Shown piece by piece: positions 1 through 9,372 of a stretch of 32,053 bases of DNA. Numbering within the stretch: position 1 is the first letter of the stretch; each line of letters opens with the position of its first letter. The notes beneath the pieces were generated by a model, which was given only the letters and a program-made list of their open reading frames with translations, made no database searches and was not told the origin of the DNA. Source of the DNA: an uncultured Candidatus Saccharibacteria bacterium (lineage in GTDB: Bacteria > Patescibacteriota > Minisyncoccia > Phycocordibacterales > Zambryskibacteraceae); contig CAZYLR010000003.1 of assembly GCA_964648835.1 (NCBI GenBank), positions 1,302 through 33,354 of the forward strand, read 5' to 3'. The translations under genes were made by a program, and so were the position numbers.

Positions 1-174
1 GGTATTCTTTACCACTACTGTAGCGGGCTCTCCGTTGGTACCGCCAGACGTTGGCGAGTTTTCTTGATTGAGAGAGGAGGTACGATACTTGAGAAACAAC
101 AGGAAACCGGCGCCAAGAACCAAGAGGATAATAATGATGGCTGAAATTGTTTTTATTTGTGGCGGCTGTTCCAT
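1..174 (-). CDS. Membrane-anchored hypothetical protein, N-terminal part (runs off the window)
   Basis: Read by hand: ATG at 174, MEQPPQIKTISAIIIILLVLGAGFLLFLKYRTSSLNQENSPTSGG..., open to position 1, one hydrophobic N-terminal helix. Confidence 0.75.
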   Translation of the reverse strand, partial: MEQPPQIKTISAIIIILLVLGAGFLLFLKYRTSSLNQENSPTSGGTNGEPATVVVKNT

Positions 175-204
175 AACGCGAATTTTACGAATAAGCTTGA
201 GCGA

Positions 205-2100
205 CTAAAATTCTTCAAAATCAGGGTCGAAGTTAATCCGAACAGTACCAGCCGGACAATTTGCCGACACAGAATCTGTGTCAGTCACCGTGACGGTAGC
301 GGTCTTTTGGCCAATGGTGCTGTAGACAATGCTGAACGGGTTGGCGTTGGGAGCCGGACTGGTTGGAATATTGGTGCCGCTCCACGAATAGGTAAAAGGT
401 GGTACACCTCCGGTAACCGCGGCGGTCCAAGTGACTGTTTGCCCGAGCAGGGCTGGCGAAGGAGAAGCCGAGCAGGAGACTGAGAAGGGACTACCGGAGA
501 CGACTAGGTTAAATATTGTAGTTTTATTCGGAGTTCCCGCAGACGTGCCAGTAACAGTGATCGGATAAGTACCAACAGGAGTACTCGGGGGAACAGTGAA
601 GGTAATGGTGGAATTGTGGCCCGGGGACGGCGTGGGCGATGAGGGATTGGGCGCTATGGCATAAGTAACAGGTGATGGATGTCCAGAAACAGACAGAGTG
701 ACTAGTTGTGTCGTTCCTGAAGTGAGCGTTTTGGTAATGATGTTTGTGATGTAAGCGTCACCGCTCGCCTTGGTTACATTGGTTGGGTTGGGGTTATTGG
801 AAAGACTGTAGTTGAATGGGGGCGGTACAAGACTGAAGTTTGCTTTCGCGGTTTTATCGCCGTCCATATTAATACTGCAGGAAGTAGTTGTCAGGCCAGC
901 GCAAGCGGTACCGCTCGAATCCCAGCTGGTAAAAGAATACCCTGCAGACGGCGTGGCAAAGAGAGTTATCAAGGTGCCGGAGGGATAGGTTTCGTCACAG
1001 TCTCCCAGACAACTGATACCGGGGCCAGTAATGGTACCTGATCCGGAGTTAATTGAAGTGGTAATAGTGTAATTAACCACACTTAAAGTAAACGTAGCTG
1101 TTACAGATTTGGCGGCAGTCATACTGACTACGCAACTGCCTGAACCAGTACATGCTCCAGACCAACTAGTGAAAGTGGAGCCAGCGTCTGGAGTAGGAGT
1201 CAAGGTCACTGATGTACCGTCAGCATAGTTGGCTGAGCAAGTGGCACCGCAGTTTATGCCAAGAGGAGCCGATGTCACCGTACCAGTGCCAGTACCATCT
1301 TTAGAGACGCTTAGAGTAAAATCTCCCGGGGAAGGGGGCGGCGAAACATTTACCGCTACGTTATCGGAGGCGTCGCCTCCGGGACCAGTACAAGAAAGCG
1401 AATACGTTTTTGAAGAAGTAAGATTTCCGGACGGTGAAGAACCTGAAGTGCCTGTCCAACCATCGGGCGAAACTAAGCATGAGCTAGCATTGGTAGAAGA
1501 CCAAGAAATGGTGGCATCGGTATTGTATGGAATTATGATTGGTCCATCAGATCCATTGGCTTTTATATCGGCAGTCGGCAGTGGCGGTGGAGCGCAATTC
1601 GGGGTGGTGAATGTGCCGGAAGAAAAGGGCGCATTATGGCCGCTAGGTGCTGCGACATCCCAGGCGTAAGTCTTATTCGACAGGGGGGAAATAGGATCAG
1701 AACTCCCACTGCCGACAATCACTCTCGGAACGGCTGCGCTCCATTCGCCAACAGAGCCACAACCGCCTCCCACAATAACAAACACATAGCCCTGACTGGT
1801 ATTCATAACTTCGCCGCTCGGCCATACAATAGCTTCTTGTGTGGTTAAATGATCACAATCGCCGGTCACGGTAATCACTGGCGCATTGTTTGAGCAAGTC
1901 GTGGATATGCCCGAGGCAGAGCATGCTGGAACCGATACACCGGCGCCGGCATTCTGCGTCCATTGGGAAGCTTGTGAAGTAGCAAATGGCTGGGCATTGG
2001 CGAGATTTGCCGATATCAAAATACCAGCGGAGATTAGTAACCCGCCAATAAATATAACCGCGGGGATAATTAGTTTCTTAGACAAAAATGTGTTAACCAC
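205..2100 (-). CDS. Secreted/cell-surface protein with two InlB B-repeat-like domains and a C-terminal PKD/Ig-like domain
   Basis: Signal-like N-terminus (ANA-Q); two GTGTVT...C...C...GTSVTL...F.SW..AC...C...M...K...A.F repeats; S/T/P-rich; GGVPPFTYSWSG...G.KTATVTVTD motif. Confidence 0.8.
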   Translation of the reverse strand: MVNTFLSKKLIIPAVIFIGGLLISAGILISANLANAQPFATSQASQWTQNAGAGVSVPACSASGISTTCSNNAPVITVTGDCDHLTTQEAIVWPSGEVMNTSQGYVFVIVGGGCGSVGEWSAAVPRVIVGSGSSDPISPLSNKTYAWDVAAPSGHNAPFSSGTFTTPNCAPPPLPTADIKANGSDGPIIIPYNTDATISWSSTNASSCLVSPDGWTGTSGSSPSGNLTSSKTYSLSCTGPGGDASDNVAVNVSPPPSPGDFTLSVSKDGTGTGTVTSAPLGINCGATCSANYADGTSVTLTPTPDAGSTFTSWSGACTGSGSCVVSMTAAKSVTATFTLSVVNYTITTSINSGSGTITGPGISCLGDCDETYPSGTLITLFATPSAGYSFTSWDSSGTACAGLTTTSCSINMDGDKTAKANFSLVPPPFNYSLSNNPNPTNVTKASGDAYITNIITKTLTSGTTQLVTLSVSGHPSPVTYAIAPNPSSPTPSPGHNSTITFTVPPSTPVGTYPITVTGTSAGTPNKTTIFNLVVSGSPFSVSCSASPSPALLGQTVTWTAAVTGGVPPFTYSWSGTNIPTSPAPNANPFSIVYSTIGQKTATVTVTDTDSVSANCPAGTVRINFDPDFEEF

Positions 2101-2142
2101 TAACTAAAGTATACCAAAATACTTATTTAAAGCCCCTAACCG

Positions 2143-2151
2143 TTATCCACA
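2143..2151 (+). promoter_or_regulatory. DnaA-box consensus TTATCCACA
   Basis: Exact 9-mer, intergenic. Confidence 0.5.
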
Positions 2152-2152
2152 A

Positions 2153-2959
2153 CTACCTTTGACCCTCGGCGCGGCGAAGATTTTCGTCAATTGCTTGTAG
2201 AAAGGATGAAAGCCCTTCTTCGGCGGATGCCGGATTATTTCCCGGATAGGAACGGCGCCAGTCTTCTTCAGTCAGTCTCTCTGCTAGTTGTTTGGACTTT
2301 CCAAAAGATAATTCAGCGTTTTTATATTCTTTCAGATTCAGCTCGGCCACGCCGAGCGCGTTCCAAAGCCAGGGGTTATTTTTCGATTCTGAAATCTCGC
2401 GGAAAGCCGTCGCAATGGTCTCTTTAACTTCTTTATATTTTCTATGTTTGGATAAAATCCACGCCAAGTCGTTATAGCCAGCCCATTCACTGGGCGCCCA
2501 AAAGGTAAAGCGTCGGAAGTCCGCTTCGGCTTTGGCTAAATCTCCCGCCTGTCCGCGATAACCATAAATTAAGCCCCGCACATAAAGCGAGCGTAGATTT
2601 TCAGGGTTGGCTTTAAGCTCTTTCATGATTTCTGCAAGCGCTTGTTCATAATCCCCTTTCACAAACGCGATTCTTGAGAGTTGATAATGCCCCCACAAAA
2701 TTCTCGGATTTATAGAAACCGCTTTCTGATAAGCTTTCTCTGCGATATCGAGATTATATTCTCCGCCTCCTATGACACCATTAAAATAATAGTTGCCTAT
2801 AAACATCGCCAACTCGGCATTGCTCCTATCAAGAAATACCGCGACTTGAGGCGCACGGTATTTCTGCCAGACAAAAGATGCGAGTGAATCTCTACCTAGA
2901 TAGATAGAAACAAATACGATTATGACAAACACAAGTAAAAAACTCTGCCGCTGTTTCAT
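2153..2959 (-). CDS. Membrane-anchored TPR protein
   Basis: N-terminal TM; TPR-like helices (AEKAYQKAVSINP, LWNALGVAELNLKEYKNA). Confidence 0.85.
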   Translation of the reverse strand: MKQRQSFLLVFVIIVFVSIYLGRDSLASFVWQKYRAPQVAVFLDRSNAELAMFIGNYYFNGVIGGGEYNLDIAEKAYQKAVSINPRILWGHYQLSRIAFVKGDYEQALAEIMKELKANPENLRSLYVRGLIYGYRGQAGDLAKAEADFRRFTFWAPSEWAGYNDLAWILSKHRKYKEVKETIATAFREISESKNNPWLWNALGVAELNLKEYKNAELSFGKSKQLAERLTEEDWRRSYPGNNPASAEEGLSSFLQAIDENLRRAEGQR

Positions 2960-3089
2960 GATATTACCATCATATACTTATCTTCTATTTTCCCCCAAAT
3001 AGTTCATACTACTACTAGACAGCACGGAGGCCAAATACCATGGCCAAGGTTAGCTCACATCAACAACCATACCGAACTAGGAGGTAATC

Positions 3090-3428
3090 ATGAAAACTTT
3101 TCTTTGGATTGCGGCCATCTTGTCCATTACCCCCATCCACGCGTCATCGCAAGCCCAGCCCACTCTGAATCGTGAGGTAACAGGAAAAATCGGGATCCTT
3201 AATCCCAAAACCACTGTGGAGGAACGAAACGCAGCAAAGGAGACTCTAAAGTTCGAACCACGCAGGATGACCTACCCTGTCGCTCAAAGTACCGTAGAGA
3301 AGCCGCTCATGGGTGAAAGTGATTCAGAGCTTGAGTGGCTTGATGCGAGTATGAGAAAATTCTGCGACAACGAGTTTGCAGTCTATGATGATGTTAATCT
3401 GACGTGTGCAGTACCCCAAGACCCGTAG
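3090..3428 (+). CDS. Small secreted hypothetical protein
   Basis: SD AGGAGGT at 3079-3085; signal peptide (IHA-S); followed by a hairpin and T tract. Confidence 0.7.
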   Translation: MKTFLWIAAILSITPIHASSQAQPTLNREVTGKIGILNPKTTVEERNAAKETLKFEPRRMTYPVAQSTVEKPLMGESDSELEWLDASMRKFCDNEFAVYDDVNLTCAVPQDP

Positions 3429-3470
3429 TAGAATCGCGGTGAACAATTCCACTATACCCCCAAACCGACG

Positions 3471-3496
3471 GCCGGACGCTCTGCGTTCCGGCTTTT
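3471..3496 (+). terminator. Probable intrinsic terminator
   Basis: GCCGGA-CGC...GCG-T-TCCGGC followed by TTTT. Confidence 0.55.
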
Positions 3497-3517
3497 ATCA
3501 ATTCGCGAACGGAAAAT

Positions 3518-3709
3518 TTATTTATTCTGTCTGTAGAATTCTTTAACAGTCTTGCTTATTAATTTCACATCGTTCCTATCAGGTATTACCATCATTTCAG
3601 GCGCACGATATTGAAACCAAGCAATAGACGCGAGTCAAACTCGTCCCACCTATATAAAAACAAGAACAACCAAGACAACCACGAGCAAAAAACTTTGCCA
3701 CTGTTTCAT
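3518..3709 (-). pseudogene. Decayed 5' fragment of a paralog of the TPR gene at 2153-2959
   Basis: Translates as MKQWQSFLLVVVLVVLVFI*VGRV*LASIAWFQYRAPE..., colinear with MKQRQSFLLVFVIIVFVSIYLGRDSLASFVWQKYRAPQ; two in-frame stops. Confidence 0.85.
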
Positions 3710-3714
3710 GATAC

Positions 3715-4809
3715 TTAAATATCGTCCAATATTTTTTGAAACGCCTCGCGGTTGCGCATTACGTAAACATTTTTATCCTTAAACGCGTTTGTAACGTTCA
3801 TATACTGCTCTAAGTATTTTTTTGATTCAATTTTGTTATTTTTTGCCAGATACGATCGCGCTAGTACCTCAATACATGTAGAACTCGGGTAATCAAAAAT
3901 GGTGGTGCTTGCGATCTTTCCCTTTGCAATCTCGATAGCTTTTATGTAATCCGAGTTAAAGAAATAAATATTTGATAGAGTGCAAACAGACGAATCCTTA
4001 TGAATCGCTTCGGCTTTTTTGTATTCCCCTAGTGCCTTGGCTAAATTTTTTTCCTTAGCGAGCTGTATCGCAATATTGAGATACGCAATCTGCACGTTCG
4101 TACTTTTCTTATCCACCGCATTGTCAATAGCAAGTGTAGCGTATTGTTTTACGTCCAAAGAATTTCCGAAGTATGAAGAAAGACGAGTGAGCAAGGTATA
4201 GACGTCCCCGAAAACTCTTTTACTGGCGTCAAGGGAGTTTGGTGCCATCGTCAGAATTTCGAGCGCTTCCACGGGTTTATTGGATCGATTGAAATAATCA
4301 GATGCGGTCAAATAACGCGCCCAGAAAGAATCATCAGGGAACTGTTCAATTTGCTCGAGATATTTGCCAACTGCCTTGTCATACTCTTTTTGGCTCCAGT
4401 ATGAGTAACCGGCGAATTCCAAGGATTGTTTGTAGACGCCACGGTTTTTTGCGGTAGCCAATCCGAGTGAAAGGGCTTTTTCATAATACTCAATAGCCTT
4501 GACGAAATCGGCACTGGGAAAGGGCGTGTCACTTTCGGGGTTTGCATTGTCCAATCCTAGCGTAATATGTCCTAAATACGCGTATGCCACTGGGTTTCGC
4601 GGGTCTAGTTTCAGTACGATATTTAGGTTTTTTGTTGCGACCACGGCATCCTCATCATTTAAAGCAATTCGTGCTTTTTCAATAAAATAAGGCACCGCAA
4701 GTCCACGCGCGTACCATCCGCCCGCAAGAATAATAACGATCAAAACCGCTACCCATACGGGCCACTTTTTTGTATGTTGAGGTTCTATTACTCCAATTTC
4801 ATCTGGCAT
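3715..4809 (-). CDS. Membrane-anchored TPR protein
   Basis: N-terminal TM; LKLDPRNPVAYAYLG and KAIEYYEKAL TPR signatures. Confidence 0.85.
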   Translation of the reverse strand: MPDEIGVIEPQHTKKWPVWVAVLIVIILAGGWYARGLAVPYFIEKARIALNDEDAVVATKNLNIVLKLDPRNPVAYAYLGHITLGLDNANPESDTPFPSADFVKAIEYYEKALSLGLATAKNRGVYKQSLEFAGYSYWSQKEYDKAVGKYLEQIEQFPDDSFWARYLTASDYFNRSNKPVEALEILTMAPNSLDASKRVFGDVYTLLTRLSSYFGNSLDVKQYATLAIDNAVDKKSTNVQIAYLNIAIQLAKEKNLAKALGEYKKAEAIHKDSSVCTLSNIYFFNSDYIKAIEIAKGKIASTTIFDYPSSTCIEVLARSYLAKNNKIESKKYLEQYMNVTNAFKDKNVYVMRNREAFQKILDDI

Positions 4810-4813
4810 GGAT

Positions 4814-6283
4814 TTATTTATATGAACTTATTGATACAAGCTGACCGCGCCTCTTTTTGTCCTCGGCCGCTCGCTTAGTCTGCCAATCATCGGCGAATTG
4901 TCTATATTCTGGCCGGAGAGCGGTATAAAAACCGGAACTTTGAATCACGTATGTTTCCTTTTGGTCTTCACCGATGGGCATATTGGAAGCATCAAATTCC
5001 AGATCAACCACGTCACCCGTAACCATGTGAACATACTCACTCTCAGCATTATTTAATTCTCTCGTAACGTCTTTTTTCAGGCGATGGTGGTATGCTCGCG
5101 ACAGCCTAACTTCCTCTTGCGTAAACTGTTTTCCCTCCACATCTTTCATTTGCTGAGTTACACCCACAAATCCAAGTGTATGCCTCTTGGTGGATGTAAT
5201 CCGAAGTCGCAACTCTCCATCGGATAAAATAGATTCTTTCGGTAATCCGATAATTTCGTTATTATAGTGCCAAGCCCGTGGCTCACTAACCGCAACCTGT
5301 CGGTAACTCCCTTCGGCATCCTTGTATTCATATATAAGCGAGCAAACCTGATAACCAAAGAAAAACGGCGCTATTGCAATCGCTCCTTCGCCGAGACCTA
5401 TTTTATGAAGGAGCCAGAAACCCAAAAATATAGGCAGAAGAGCAGCTGTTTTTATGTTACCAAAGGGGCTACGCTGATGAAACAGAGCTACAAATGTATT
5501 GGAAATAGCCCAATCGTCGCTGTATCCTGGAATCCAGTCACGAAACCATGATTTAGTAACCAAAAACGGCGCCACATTTTTTTTGAGATTTTTGAAAATA
5601 ACCTCCACGCTATCATTCTTCTGGAAATGAATAGCGGTGTCTTTATCGTTATCCGATACTCCTTGTTGCCAGACTAGTTGTTGGTCAACAACCCGCGCGG
5701 CAATATCGACACCTTTTCTAGTCATAACCGCGGTTGGTAAAACTAAGCTTTCTTCAAACCCACGTCTTTTGAGAACGTAGAATTTGGTGTAATCCGAGTC
5801 CGCCACAATCTCGGTATTCTTGGGATGCACCACTCGTCGAAGTTTTAGCCACTTAAAGAAGCTTTCCTCAATTTCCCTTTCTTGTATTTGGAATAGAAGT
5901 TTGCCGTTCGTGGGTGTAACTTTTGCCGAAATTTTGTAAAGATCAGGCGAAACCAGACCGTCTTCGTATTTCTGTTTTGCTATTTCATATTTTGCGTTAA
6001 AACTCGTAGGCCGGCCAAACAGGATATCGTTTTCCAGCTTGTATTCCTTACCATCAAAATAAGCTAGAAATGGGGTGCTGGGGCTCCCCTTACCTCCTCC
6101 TGGGGCATCAGCGTTGGCGCTATCCGCCCCCCAAAGATTGTTATTGGAAGCGCTGTTATTATCATGATTTTTTTTACCTTTGACCAGATTGGAAACATTT
6201 ATATACATCCATCCGAAAACAAGCATCACAACGAGCAGTAGAGCTTTAGAAACGAACGCCATTGAACTTAGGAATTTTCTCAT
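4814..6283 (-). CDS. Membrane-associated hypothetical protein with a (C/T)PFL..FDG domain
   Basis: 489 aa ORF; N-terminal TM, ANADAP + Gly linker, then STPFLAYFDGKEY; one internal hydrophobic segment. Confidence 0.75.
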   Translation of the reverse strand: MRKFLSSMAFVSKALLLVVMLVFGWMYINVSNLVKGKKNHDNNSASNNNLWGADSANADAPGGGKGSPSTPFLAYFDGKEYKLENDILFGRPTSFNAKYEIAKQKYEDGLVSPDLYKISAKVTPTNGKLLFQIQEREIEESFFKWLKLRRVVHPKNTEIVADSDYTKFYVLKRRGFEESLVLPTAVMTRKGVDIAARVVDQQLVWQQGVSDNDKDTAIHFQKNDSVEVIFKNLKKNVAPFLVTKSWFRDWIPGYSDDWAISNTFVALFHQRSPFGNIKTAALLPIFLGFWLLHKIGLGEGAIAIAPFFFGYQVCSLIYEYKDAEGSYRQVAVSEPRAWHYNNEIIGLPKESILSDGELRLRITSTKRHTLGFVGVTQQMKDVEGKQFTQEEVRLSRAYHHRLKKDVTRELNNAESEYVHMVTGDVVDLEFDASNMPIGEDQKETYVIQSSGFYTALRPEYRQFADDWQTKRAAEDKKRRGQLVSISSYK

Positions 6284-6327
6284 AGTGTAATTAATGATAA
6301 CACTTCCTCGATTTTCCGCAAAAACGC

Positions 6328-6336
6328 TTATCCACA
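6328..6336 (+). promoter_or_regulatory. DnaA-box consensus TTATCCACA
   Basis: Exact 9-mer, intergenic, upstream of the 4814-6283 gene. Confidence 0.5.
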
Positions 6337-6363
6337 GTATACTAAGTTAAAATGGAAACAGGT

Positions 6364-7701
6364 CTAACCAGATTTCTCTATAACCCATGAAGACAAAGAT
6401 ATAGGATTCCCGAATCTATCAATATACTCGATCTTGTCACCGGAAAGAGGCCTGAATATATCCGTAATGGACACAGTACAATTTCGCGCCAAGAAAAATT
6501 CTCTTAACTTACTGCGACTAAGCATATTCCGGCAATAATGCGGCAGTTCTATCTCAACATGATCGGGGATATCTTTTTCTAAAAGAAAGTTGATGATGAT
6601 CGTCTTTTGGGCAACGCGCAGTAGCTCTTCCAACGCCATTCTAAGATTTTCCAATGGGATATATTCCAAAACTCGACTTGCTAATACCACATCAAAGTTA
6701 GCGGATGGGAACGGAAGTCTTAAGATATTTCCATGTTCGAAACGCACGCTCGGGTAAAACCGCCGACTTTCCGCTATATTTTTTTCTGCGATATCAAAAC
6801 CAGTATAATCAAAAAAATTGTGAAGCCCATCTTTCATAAAACCGCTAAAATAATTTCCGGGTCCGCAACCGGCGTCTAGAAGTGAAAGTTGCGCTATTCT
6901 CCCCTCATGTCTCCGATATATTTTATCAAGCCGACGTCCCTCGGTTGTAGCGATAAAGTCCTGAAACCAGTTTGCTAAAAAATTGTTATCGCCCCATTTT
7001 AGATTGAACGACCTGCTGTAAAGAAACGCGAGCCCATTGACAATTTTATTTTTGATTGATAGGTCGATGCCTGGATTTTTTTCGAGGACTTTTTTAATTA
7101 TCATCTCTCGAACGAAAAACTTTTGCGGATGGTAAAAAGGATAAAACCGATTGTACCGATTAGCGAAATCGCGGATATCTTGGTCATGCGTAAATTTGCC
7201 GACATTTTTTTGAATCCAATCGTCTAAATCCTCCATTGGGTTATAAGTAAGAGGGTTTTCCTCAGGCGTCGGCTTTTCAAAAATCCTGATGGTCATCTCA
7301 AAAAAATCTTTTTCCAGAGAGCTCCTTTCCTTGGTTTCTTGGTTAAGAAGCCATTTTTTTCTGACTTCCGCCGGAGAGGTATTGACATAAATCAGCTTGA
7401 AGTTTGCGCCCGCATTTTCTGCAACCCGTCTCGCGCCCTCTCTTTCGTGCTGGTACAGGTTACATGAATCAAATATTACTGTTCTACTGTCGGCAAGGAG
7501 TCTTTTTAACCTGCTGTATGTTTCTTGATACACGGAATTCCAATCCGCCGGCGACATCCGCTCAATCTTTTGCCATCGTTCGGCGATTATCTCATCCACT
7601 GATACCACGCCAAAGCCAAAGCGCTTCGCCAAAACGTGTCGGAGCGTCGTCTTCCCGGAGTAAGGCAAGCCAACCATGATATAAAGCATCGGTTTTGACA
7701 T
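6364..7701 (-). CDS. P-loop kinase (AAA_33-like) fused to a class I SAM-dependent methyltransferase
   Basis: Walker A GLPYSGKT; SAM motif LLDAGCGPG, GFDIA, LPFPSANFDVV. Confidence 0.85.
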   Translation of the reverse strand: MSKPMLYIMVGLPYSGKTTLRHVLAKRFGFGVVSVDEIIAERWQKIERMSPADWNSVYQETYSRLKRLLADSRTVIFDSCNLYQHEREGARRVAENAGANFKLIYVNTSPAEVRKKWLLNQETKERSSLEKDFFEMTIRIFEKPTPEENPLTYNPMEDLDDWIQKNVGKFTHDQDIRDFANRYNRFYPFYHPQKFFVREMIIKKVLEKNPGIDLSIKNKIVNGLAFLYSRSFNLKWGDNNFLANWFQDFIATTEGRRLDKIYRRHEGRIAQLSLLDAGCGPGNYFSGFMKDGLHNFFDYTGFDIAEKNIAESRRFYPSVRFEHGNILRLPFPSANFDVVLASRVLEYIPLENLRMALEELLRVAQKTIIINFLLEKDIPDHVEIELPHYCRNMLSRSKLREFFLARNCTVSITDIFRPLSGDKIEYIDRFGNPISLSSWVIEKSG

Positions 7702-7745
7702 GGCGGTTTGTATCCCTTTAGGCTTTCTGATTATATAATGAACCC

Positions 7746-8603
7746 GTGAAAAAAATACTTATCATCGGCGGGTCGCGGTTTATCGGGCCACTGCTTATAG
7801 ATGAATTCGTGAAAAGCGGCGACGAGGTGGCCGTGTTTAACCGTGGCCTAATCCAGTCAGAGTACGCAAGGGGCGTTAGGTTTATACAGGGCGATCGGGA
7901 TCAAGGTTTCGGCATTTCGGAACACTTCGACGTTGTCGTGGACACTTGCGCCTACCGCGGAGAGCAGACCAAAAGGGCGATTGAAGAATTACGTTTTGAT
8001 TTCTTCATACATATTGGCACGGCGGCTTCATATAGAAAATCTGGAATCTTTCCCATCAAAGAGGATTTTCAATTGGGTTATTGGCCGGTTTGGGGGAGTT
8101 ACGGCAATGGAAAACTGGAATGCGAAGAGGTTTTGGCAAATAGTAAAATCAAATTCGCAGTCATTCGACCAGTCTATATTTTGGGTTCAAATAACTATTG
8201 CGACAGAGAGCGATTTATATACTCAAGAATCAAGAATGGCGCCCCAATTATTTTGCCGGGCAACGGCCAAGCCCTAATCCAATTCGTTTTCGTCAAAGAC
8301 GTTGCGAGATCAATTGCACTAATCGCGGAGAAAAAAATCGTTGGAACTTTCAATTGCGCTGGTGATGAAACAAGTACGTTAGAAGGACTGGTTGAAGAAA
8401 TGGGGCGGATTATGCAACTTGAGCCGAAACTACGATATAATCATGAAACAGACGGCGAAAAGTTTGACATTTCCGAATTCCCCTTCGCCAACATCAATCT
8501 TGTATGCGATAACTCGAAGTTGAAGAATATGGGCATTGTTTTCGCGCCCTTTCAAAAGGGTTTGCAGGAAGATTACAAAAGTTATTACCAGCATGTCATT
8601 TGA
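7746..8603 (+). CDS. NAD-dependent epimerase/dehydratase (atypical extended SDR)
   Basis: IIGGSRFIG Rossmann motif; YGNGK (YxxxK); RPVYILG. Confidence 0.9.
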   Translation: MKKILIIGGSRFIGPLLIDEFVKSGDEVAVFNRGLIQSEYARGVRFIQGDRDQGFGISEHFDVVVDTCAYRGEQTKRAIEELRFDFFIHIGTAASYRKSGIFPIKEDFQLGYWPVWGSYGNGKLECEEVLANSKIKFAVIRPVYILGSNNYCDRERFIYSRIKNGAPIILPGNGQALIQFVFVKDVARSIALIAEKKIVGTFNCAGDETSTLEGLVEEMGRIMQLEPKLRYNHETDGEKFDISEFPFANINLVCDNSKLKNMGIVFAPFQKGLQEDYKSYYQHVI

Positions 8604-9372
8604 TAAGTCCTCGAAAGAAAAAAGGGGAGGAACGCGTAATTCTGTGGCTATTATCTTAGCGGCCGGCCGCGGTATACGACTAAGACCATTGTCCGATGCC
8701 TCCCCAAAATGTCTTATTCCTGTCGGCGAATTTTCCATACTTTATCGTCAAATCAAGTCTTTGCAAACGCACGGGATCAAAAAAATTATTCTAGTCGTGG
8801 GGTTTATGGCGGAGAAAATCAAGCGGTATACAGAAGAGGCATTTCCCGATCTAAAAATCCAATTTGTCTATAACCACCAATTTGAAGTTACCAACACTAT
8901 TTATTCACTAGCTCTTGCCGCAAAAACTGTTATGCCGGGTACTGAAGTGTTCCTGCTGAATGGCGACGTAGTATTCGATCCGAATATTATAAGCCTTTTA
9001 CAAAATGCTGAATGCGACGAAAGTTATGTTGCGGCGCAAATGGGTCTCTGCACCGAAGAAGAAATAAAAATAGAACTGGCCAGCGACAAATCGGTTGCGC
9101 GGCTTAGTAAAAAAATCCCGCCGACGCGGGCAATAGGAGAGGCTATTGGCATAAATAAATTTTCTCCAAAATTTTTTATAGAACTTAAAAAAAGCTTAAA
9201 ATCACTTAAAGACGCCTATCCGATGGAATACTTCGAATATGCTGTTGAACACGTCCTAAATAGCGGAGCAAAAATCTATCCGTTGGATATTAAAGAGCTT
9301 AAAGCAATTGAGATTGATTTTTTGGACGATCTTAATCGCGCACAAAACGAGGTTTTGCCATTCCTATCTTAA
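8593..9372 (+). CDS. Phosphocholine/sugar-phosphate cytidylyltransferase family (LicC-like NTP transferase)
   Basis: IILAAGRGIRLRP..PKCL, TNTIYSL, NGDVVF, EIDFLDDL; start moved to ATG 8593, overlapping the upstream stop. Confidence 0.85.
   Translation: MSFDKSSKEKRGGTRNSVAIILAAGRGIRLRPLSDASPKCLIPVGEFSILYRQIKSLQTHGIKKIILVVGFMAEKIKRYTEEAFPDLKIQFVYNHQFEVTNTIYSLALAAKTVMPGTEVFLLNGDVVFDPNIISLLQNAECDESYVAAQMGLCTEEEIKIELASDKSVARLSKKIPPTRAIGEAIGINKFSPKFFIELKKSLKSLKDAYPMEYFEYAVEHVLNSGAKIYPLDIKELKAIEIDFLDDLNRAQNEVLPFLS

Noticed and set aside
3518-3709. Stop-codon recoding or readthrough
   Set aside because: Both TAG and TGA interrupt it, the fragment is truncated, and both codons end genuine genes in this window.
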